Shown: positions 58,548-64,000 of the stretch, piece after piece
Position numbering within the stretch: position 1 is the first letter of the stretch
Layout: the number at the start of each line of letters is the position of its first letter
DNA from: Sulfuricurvum sp.
GTDB lineage: Bacteria; Campylobacterota; Campylobacteria; Campylobacterales; Sulfurimonadaceae
DNA length: 64,000 bases
NCBI GenBank assembly: GCA_041669045.1
Contig: JBAYBZ010000001.1
Location: 68,082-132,081 of the forward strand
Reading direction: 5' to 3'
The notes under the pieces: generated by a model
The model's input: the letters and a program-made list of their open reading frames with translations, nothing else
The model's database searches: none
What the model was told of the DNA's origin: nothing
Made by a program: the position numbers and the translations under genes

Positions 58548-58748
58548 TTAGTTTTTAGCATAACGCTTATTAAACTTATCGATTCTTCCAGCGGTATCTA
58601 CCATTCTTTCAGAACCTGTATAAAATGGGTGACACTCGTTACAGATGTCGATTCTCACTTCGCTTTTTTCAGCGATATTTTTAAATGTGTTTCCACATGA
58701 ACAAGTAACAGTACACTCAACCATCGCAGGGTGAAGATCTTTTTTCAT
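58548..58748 (-). CDS. rpmE: 50S ribosomal protein L31 (zinc-binding type)
   Basis: MKKDLHP N-terminus and CxC...CxxC cysteines. Confidence 0.93.
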   Translation of the reverse strand: MKKDLHPAMVECTVTCSCGNTFKNIAEKSEVRIDICNECHPFYTGSERMVDTAGRIDKFNKRYAKN

Positions 58749-58829
58749 TTTTTACCTTTTTAAAGCTCGTTAGTGTGCGAACTTTTATATATTTTTTACA
58801 TCCCTATGGGCGGGGATTTTAAGAGTGCC

Positions 58830-58838
58830 ATTATACCA
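58830..58838 (-). promoter_or_regulatory. Extended -10 box TGGTATAAT (minus strand) upstream of rpmE
   Basis: Reverse complement of ATTATACCA; lies about 80 nt upstream of the rpmE ATG. Confidence 0.4.
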
Positions 58839-58862
58839 ACATAGTTTTAAAAGCTCATAAAA

Positions 58863-60047
58863 CTACAAAGCTCTGCTCTCTTTTGCTATAAAAACCTTCT
58901 CCCCCCAGTACTCGCTATCAAGATCTAAAAGGTCTATGATCTCATCAGTTGCGAGCCTATAACTAAGTGTTACATCAACACTTGCAGCATTTTTTGGCTT
59001 TTTGAGTGCCACTCGTTTTTGAGACTTTGGAGGCACGCTCATACTTTGCGTCTGCTTTAGAGCCATGTGCGGTATGCTTGGCTTATCTCTTTTTCGCATA
59101 TATTTACTATGCAGATGCACACTTGTTTGCTCCACTATCACACCACTACTATCTTTATAGAGCAGATCTAACACAAGCTCTCTACCGCCAAAACCACTAG
59201 GCACGCTGTGAGGTTGTGGGTTATGCAAAACAGCAAAAAGCTCATCTTTATCAAGCTCAAGTTTTAGAGATAATGCACCTTTTATAAGCTCTTTTGAGTG
59301 AGCACCCGCAAAGCCGTGATGCCTTACTTGCCTAAACTTTTTTTCTCCACCTATGCTATAAGTTGCCGCCACATCTTCTCTTTTAGGTCCCATGTGACAC
59401 TCTACACAAGATTGATCACCCACATACTCATCTTGCATATTTGTAAAGACAAGCCCATCTAAACTGCGATCATTTGCATGACAAACAAAACAGAGCCTAT
59501 TTGGCGTCTTGTCCATAAAGTCGTGATGCACAGTTTTGTGATAAGGAGAGATCGCATCAGCATATGGACCAGTCATAGTCCCAGATGGCGTCCACTCCAC
59601 CCGATCCATGCCTCGTTTGGTATCATCATACTCATCATGGATCTTGTCTATATTGTGACACACCACGCAGTTGATCCCCTCGCTAAGAGATGGATCTGTG
59701 ATAGCATCATCTATCTCTTTAGCAGTACTTAGCCCCCAGATAGAAGCCACCTCATACTGCGGTGAAGTCTCACTCACTTGCATGCGTGGATTGTGACAAG
59801 TTGCACACTCCACCTGCACGCTACCTACTGTCTTTCTGCTCTTTTTGCTGACATACTCCACACTTTTACGAAAATACTCATCTTTACTAAAGTGACTATT
59901 GGCATGCCAAGAGTTGCTCCACTCATCTACTATGCGTTTGTGGCAAGCTTTACAGCTTTTGGAGCTTTGAAACTCCTTGCCCACCTCTACTATCTCCGCT
60001 GCCTTGCCAGCTAACACCATTACCAAAAAGATCACTAAGACTCTCAT
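58863..60047 (-). CDS. Pentahaem c-type cytochrome
   Basis: Five CxxCH motifs (CKACH, CATCH, CVVCH, CFVCH, CVECH) after a signal/anchor. ATG 60047 chosen (the ORF extends to 60068). Confidence 0.75.
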   Translation of the reverse strand: MRVLVIFLVMVLAGKAAEIVEVGKEFQSSKSCKACHKRIVDEWSNSWHANSHFSKDEYFRKSVEYVSKKSRKTVGSVQVECATCHNPRMQVSETSPQYEVASIWGLSTAKEIDDAITDPSLSEGINCVVCHNIDKIHDEYDDTKRGMDRVEWTPSGTMTGPYADAISPYHKTVHHDFMDKTPNRLCFVCHANDRSLDGLVFTNMQDEYVGDQSCVECHMGPKREDVAATYSIGGEKKFRQVRHHGFAGAHSKELIKGALSLKLELDKDELFAVLHNPQPHSVPSGFGGRELVLDLLYKDSSGVIVEQTSVHLHSKYMRKRDKPSIPHMALKQTQSMSVPPKSQKRVALKKPKNAASVDVTLSYRLATDEIIDLLDLDSEYWGEKVFIAKESRAL

Positions 60048-60322
60048 ACGCCACCTCTCTTCTGGCACTCTTTGTACCTATTTGTTCTTTAGCGTTAATT
60101 ATACAACTTTTATATTATGTTGCGATGAAGTGAAGATTTTGTAGAGATTTATGCACCTCAAAAAAGCTCTAGCGGGTTTATCTTAAACTGCAAGCTTGTT
60201 GGATCTGGCGTGCCTTCAGCAAAAAGACTAAAGACTTTTGTAGTATTGTCTTTAAATTTTAATGAATTAATATTTATAAATGATTGCTGTATTGCAAACT
60301 TTGTCAATACACTCTCTTTCTA

Positions 60323-61345
60323 CTATTTTAATTTTTTCAAAGTATCAATAGTTAAATTTTTAACACTAAATACACCATCTATTTTTTGTAAATATTCATT
60401 TTGTATGTAAATTTCATCTGCAACAAAAAGATGAACTTGATGATTTCGTATGGCTTCAACTTTTTCTTTTGTCAAATCTATTCCCAAAGTTATCTCAATC
60501 ATAATATCTATTTTTGTCATTTGTGCTGTTTTTATAAACTGCTTATATCGTTCTCTTAAAGTTCTTTTTGCACTTATTCCAAATGTTTTATTATCTAGCT
60601 TAAAGAAAAAATCAAATTCTGTTGAGCTATCATTTTTATCATGAGTTTTAGAAATGCTTTCTTCATCAATTCCGATAGTCTTTAAAACTGATAATATTCT
60701 CTCTTCATAGTTTGAACCACTATCACTTGTAATTGACTGATTTATACTTTCACTAAACATTAACATAAAAATCTGATTTGGCTCAACTCCTTTATCTTTT
60801 AGAAAAATAGCTTCTTGAGATAAATATTTGAAAAATTCTGTTATATCACTTGATAAAAAAACTGTATCACTATTTTCAAGTTTATCAAAAAAAATAAGAC
60901 TAAGTAAAGCTCCACTAACTCTTGTAGAATATGGTTTAATTACTGTTATTTTGTCATACTCCAAAGATAATGGATTTAGACTTGATAATTTTGAAGTATC
61001 CAAGAAATCTCTAGTTTTTGCTTCTTGTAATAACAAAGGTTTTATTGAAAGCAATTTTAAAGAGAAAATAAAAAGTTTAATATCTGTATCATTTTCGATT
61101 AATTCTAAAATATCATTTAAAAAATCAATTTTCTTTAAAGCACTTTTTGTTTTGCCAAATAACTCTTCATACTTTTTTATAAGTTCAATTTTTAAAGTTA
61201 AGCCTTGATTTAAAGAGTATAAAACCAATATATTGTTTATATCTTTATCGTTTAAATTTGCTTTGAGAAAATATTTTAATATAAAGTAGAACTTTAAATT
61301 TATATCAAATTTGTTTTTATCTATTTTGATTTTCTCAATACCCAT
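60323..61345 (-). CDS. Putative type II restriction endonuclease (unassigned family)
   Basis: Translationally coupled (TAATG) downstream of the m5C methyltransferase. PD-(D/E)xK-like string SNYEERILSVL...TEFDFFF...FGISAKRTLRERYKQF. Confidence 0.45.
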   Translation of the reverse strand: MGIEKIKIDKNKFDINLKFYFILKYFLKANLNDKDINNILVLYSLNQGLTLKIELIKKYEELFGKTKSALKKIDFLNDILELIENDTDIKLFIFSLKLLSIKPLLLQEAKTRDFLDTSKLSSLNPLSLEYDKITVIKPYSTRVSGALLSLIFFDKLENSDTVFLSSDITEFFKYLSQEAIFLKDKGVEPNQIFMLMFSESINQSITSDSGSNYEERILSVLKTIGIDEESISKTHDKNDSSTEFDFFFKLDNKTFGISAKRTLRERYKQFIKTAQMTKIDIMIEITLGIDLTKEKVEAIRNHQVHLFVADEIYIQNEYLQKIDGVFSVKNLTIDTLKKLK

Positions 61346-62331
61346 TAAAAATCCTTTTTTAATTTTTCTTTTATTTTTTTTGATATTGCACTAATAACTG
61401 GGACACAAACACTATTTCCAAACTGCTTATAACTTTGTGTATCACTTACAATAATTTTAAAATTATCTCCAAAACCTTGTAATCTACAAGCCTCTTTTGG
61501 TGTTAGTTTTCTTGGATTTTTATTCTTTTGTTCAACTAAAATCTCTGAACCATCTTTATAATATCTGGCACTAATCGTGCTTGTATATTTTGAGTTTTGG
61601 TTAAATAAGCAGTAGCCAAAACCATTTCCTTTTAGTTTATGTTCAATTTTTCTTCTTTGATGTCCAGCCCAAAGTTTATCTGAAATTGTATATTTTTCAT
61701 CTACAATTTTTTCTAAAATATCACCTAATTTAATATCTTTTTCAAGTGGTTTAGGAAACTCAAAAAGAACATCATCTCTAAATGCAACTATATAGATGCG
61801 TTCACGGTTTTGTGGTACTCCAAAATCCTTGGCATTTAGTACCTCTGCATAGACTTTGTAGCCTAGATCTTCTAAAGTTTGCTTTACAACTTTAAAGGTG
61901 TTGCCTTTGTCATGGTTTACAAACCCTTTAACATTTTCTAAAAATATCACTTTTGGTTTATGAAACTTGGCGATCCTTACCACATCAAAAAAGAGCGTCC
62001 CACGAGTATCTTCAAACCCCTTGCGTAGCCCTGCTACGCTAAAAGCTTGACAAGGAAAGCCAGCAAGTATGATGTCATGAGGTGGGATATCTTTAGCTTC
62101 TATCTTGGTTATATCGCCATGAGGCATTTCACCAAAGTTTGCATAGTAGGTCTGGCACGCAAACTTATCTATCTCACTTGCAAAGACAAACTCTATATGC
62201 TCACCAAATGCTTGCTCAAACCCTAGGCGAATCCCGCCAATACCTGCAAAGAGATCTATGGCTTTTAGGGGTTTTGCCCTGTTTGTCGCTCTATTTTGCA
62301 AACAAAATCTCATCTGAAGATTTACACTCAC
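61345..62331 (-). CDS. DNA (cytosine-5)-methyltransferase
   Basis: Motif I DLFAGIGG, IV GFPCQAFS, VI ENVKG, VIII QNRERIYIV, IX/X RLQGF...QFGNSV. Confidence 0.9.
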   Translation of the reverse strand: MSVNLQMRFCLQNRATNRAKPLKAIDLFAGIGGIRLGFEQAFGEHIEFVFASEIDKFACQTYYANFGEMPHGDITKIEAKDIPPHDIILAGFPCQAFSVAGLRKGFEDTRGTLFFDVVRIAKFHKPKVIFLENVKGFVNHDKGNTFKVVKQTLEDLGYKVYAEVLNAKDFGVPQNRERIYIVAFRDDVLFEFPKPLEKDIKLGDILEKIVDEKYTISDKLWAGHQRRKIEHKLKGNGFGYCLFNQNSKYTSTISARYYKDGSEILVEQKNKNPRKLTPKEACRLQGFGDNFKIIVSDTQSYKQFGNSVCVPVISAISKKIKEKLKKDF

Positions 62332-62402
62332 TGCTACATCTTTTTTCTTTTATAGTAGCAGATCTCTCTAAATAGTTATAAAAATATGTCATTTTGCAAT
62401 AT

Positions 62403-63068
62403 TTATAGCAAAACTTTGCTAGCAACTGCTAAAACTGCACTCTGACTTCTTAGGATCAGTGGAGTATCAAAACTCACGATTTTGCTAAAAAGCTCTCTCT
62501 CACTACCAGAAAATCCACCCTCGCACCCCACCAAAACACGCTTTAGATCTCTTAGATCTGATGCACTTTCGCCCCCAAAGTCAAAAGCGACTACTTCATC
62601 ATAAAGCCCAAAAGCCTCATCTAAACTACCCAGCACTTCAAGCTCCATAAAGCTAGATCTACCACACTGTTGCATTGCTGAGATCTCAAGGCGTCTTAGG
62701 CGAGGCATATCTAGCTTATAGCTTCGCTGACTTCGCTCACAGTAGATGAAGCTGATCTTACTAACTCCCATCTCACAAAGCGTGGGAAAAACCCTCTCGA
62801 TCTCTTTTGGATCTATGATGCACCAAAGCAGATGCAAAGATCTACTCGCCACCACCTCCAGAGTCTCGCTACGCACAAGCTCCAACAAAGCCTGCCTACT
62901 AGAGATGGAAGCGACTTTGTAGCTATAAAGTCTGCTTGGCTCACTGGGGTTTCTAAAAAAAAGAAGCTCGCCCTCTTTGTGTCTGCGAGTGCGAAAGAGA
63001 TACTTAAAAAGCTCATCTTTTAGCTCAAAACTACCCTCACCCGCTTGCTCATAAAAGACAAACTTCAC
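62403..63068 (-). CDS. rsmE: 16S rRNA (uracil1498-N3)-methyltransferase RsmE-like
   Basis: C-terminal VGCEGGFSGSE...LRSQSAVLAV pattern of RsmE/SPOUT proteins. Confidence 0.7.
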   Translation of the reverse strand: MKFVFYEQAGEGSFELKDELFKYLFRTRRHKEGELLFFRNPSEPSRLYSYKVASISSRQALLELVRSETLEVVASRSLHLLWCIIDPKEIERVFPTLCEMGVSKISFIYCERSQRSYKLDMPRLRRLEISAMQQCGRSSFMELEVLGSLDEAFGLYDEVVAFDFGGESASDLRDLKRVLVGCEGGFSGSERELFSKIVSFDTPLILRSQSAVLAVASKVLL

Positions 63069-63475
63069 AAGAGCCTCATCACCACAGCCATCGCAAGTAC
63101 CATCACAAACTCTAAAGCGAGCAGTTTTTGGGCACTTTGCACATAATGACTAAACTTCACTTCATCATCAGATCTTATGTAGCGTAGTGGCAAGATCCGC
63201 TTGATCTCAAGATAGACAAAGAGCATCGCCACTAGGATCATAGCACTGTTTGCAAGCGTAAAACTAAGGTGTTTTGCCGCCATCATCACCACTCCACTAA
63301 ACGCAACCGCACCCATCGCAGTGTAGGAGATGGGGTTATAGATCGCCATAAAGCGTTTATATTTTTTTATATCAAACCCTCTTAGCAGAACCAAATAGTT
63401 GATCACAATAAACGCAAAAACAGCCATAACTGCGTAGTTATGTGCTACAATACTCATACTATACATCTCATTCAT
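63065..63475 (-). CDS. Integral membrane protein, unknown function
   Basis: About four TM helices. Start is uncertain: ATG 63475 chosen so as not to overlap the divergent moeA, but the ORF extends to 63535. Confidence 0.4.
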   Translation of the reverse strand: MNEMYSMSIVAHNYAVMAVFAFIVINYLVLLRGFDIKKYKRFMAIYNPISYTAMGAVAFSGVVMMAAKHLSFTLANSAMILVAMLFVYLEIKRILPLRYIRSDDEVKFSHYVQSAQKLLALEFVMVLAMAVVMRLL

Positions 63476-63514
63476 AGTGAGATTATAACCAAATCCCATT
63501 AAAATGGCACGAAA

Positions 63515-64000
63515 ATGACTATAACTATCACGCAAGCACTAGATCTCATCTACTCTCACACAAAAGCGACAAAAACCAAACTTCTACCTATCGAAAATGC
63601 CCTTGGATATGTACTCGCAGAAGATATCATAGCCACTCACAACCTCCCACCATACGACAACTCCGCGATGGATGGCTACGCTATCAAGCTACTAGCTAGC
63701 GACACGAGGATCGTAAAAGGGAGCATCTTTGCGGGTGATAGTGGTGATTTTAGTCTTAAAGGCAACGAGGCTCTAAAGATCATGACAGGTGGCAAGATCC
63801 CAAATGGTTGTGACGCGGTAGTGCCTATTGAGCATGTGGAGTCTAGCGGTGATACTATAACGATCACAAAAGAGCCAAAGCAGGCTCAAAATATCCGCCT
63901 AATGGCAGAAGATATAACAGCTGGTGCTACACTTTTAGCACGAGGCACTAAGCTTGCAGCTCACCATATTATGCTTCTAGCTTCGCAAGGTATTAGCCAC
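63515..64000 (+). CDS. moeA: Molybdopterin molybdenumtransferase MoeA, N-terminal part (continues past the window)
   Basis: Not in the ORF track. My translation from ATG 63515 is open to the window end and reads ...LPPYDNSAMDGYAIK...IMTGGKIPNGCDAVVPIE..., which is typical of MoeA. Confidence 0.85.
   Translation, partial: MTITITQALDLIYSHTKATKTKLLPIENALGYVLAEDIIATHNLPPYDNSAMDGYAIKLLASDTRIVKGSIFAGDSGDFSLKGNEALKIMTGGKIPNGCDAVVPIEHVESSGDTITITKEPKQAQNIRLMAEDITAGATLLARGTKLAAHHIMLLASQGISH

Larger units (their letters stand above)
60090..62395. other. AT-rich restriction-modification islet (no mobility genes seen)
   Basis: Hand-counted GC is 17-35% over 60.3-61.8 kb, against roughly 45% in the flanks. 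No GATC between about 60210 and 61800. Confidence 0.55.

Noticed and set aside
60210-60410. 66-aa plus-strand ORF at the left edge of the RM islet
   Set aside because: It lies in AT-rich sequence where ORFs arise by chance, overlaps the 3' end of the putative nuclease gene, and has no ribosome-binding site or motifs.
60069-62402. Flanking direct repeats or att sites for the RM islet
   Set aside because: Only a weak shared TTGCAA-containing string was seen near both edges, which is not convincing. No integrase or tRNA gene is nearby.
1-64000. tRNA, rRNA, tmRNA or RNase P genes in the larger spacers (1371-1533, 10461-11036, 17329-17540, 27743-27878, 58749-58862, 60069-60322)
   Set aside because: I could not see a T-loop GGTTCGAATCC-type box, a conserved RNase P or tmRNA block, or a cloverleaf-compatible arrangement by eye. 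This needs tRNAscan or Infernal for certainty.

Overview
This window looks like a compact chromosomal segment from a Campylobacterota (epsilonproteobacterial) genome. The evidence is gene content and local gene order resembling Helicobacter/Campylobacter (U32 peptidase next to a CheZ_HP-like gene, bioF next to PBP1A, a CetB-like stand-alone PAS protein), TGnTATAAT extended -10 boxes, and an unframeshifted prfB. Multihaem cytochromes and GGDEF/EAL proteins suggest a free-living, sulfur-oxidiser-like lineage, but I cannot name the species. About 70 protein genes are tightly packed, with many 1-8 nt overlaps. Most are housekeeping: priA, nfo, prfB, panC, glyQ, purE, trxAB, dapB, purF, hisIE, ilvE, glnA, leuA, PBP1A, alaS, hom, rsmI, rpmE and moeA. 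I found no rRNA, tRNA, CRISPR array, transposase or integrase. Points worth a second look: (1) the palindrome AGATCT is roughly 15-fold over-represented across the window, in every codon phase, but absent from one AT-rich islet. (2) That islet (about 60.1-62.4 kb) carries an m5C methyltransferase plus an unassigned putative restriction nuclease, with a sharp compositional break inside the methyltransferase gene at the catalytic-core/TRD boundary. (3) A 0.58-kb repeat-dense non-coding gap lies between two convergent genes, and one of its repeat families recurs at 1.4 kb. (4) Two conserved gene cassettes without known function are present: AMMECR1/radical-SAM/Memo, and ATP-grasp/7TM-transglutaminase/retropepsin-like protease. 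(5) There is a VapBC module with a clear operator, and several redox/c-di-GMP signalling proteins. All calls rest on motif reading by eye; no database search was possible.
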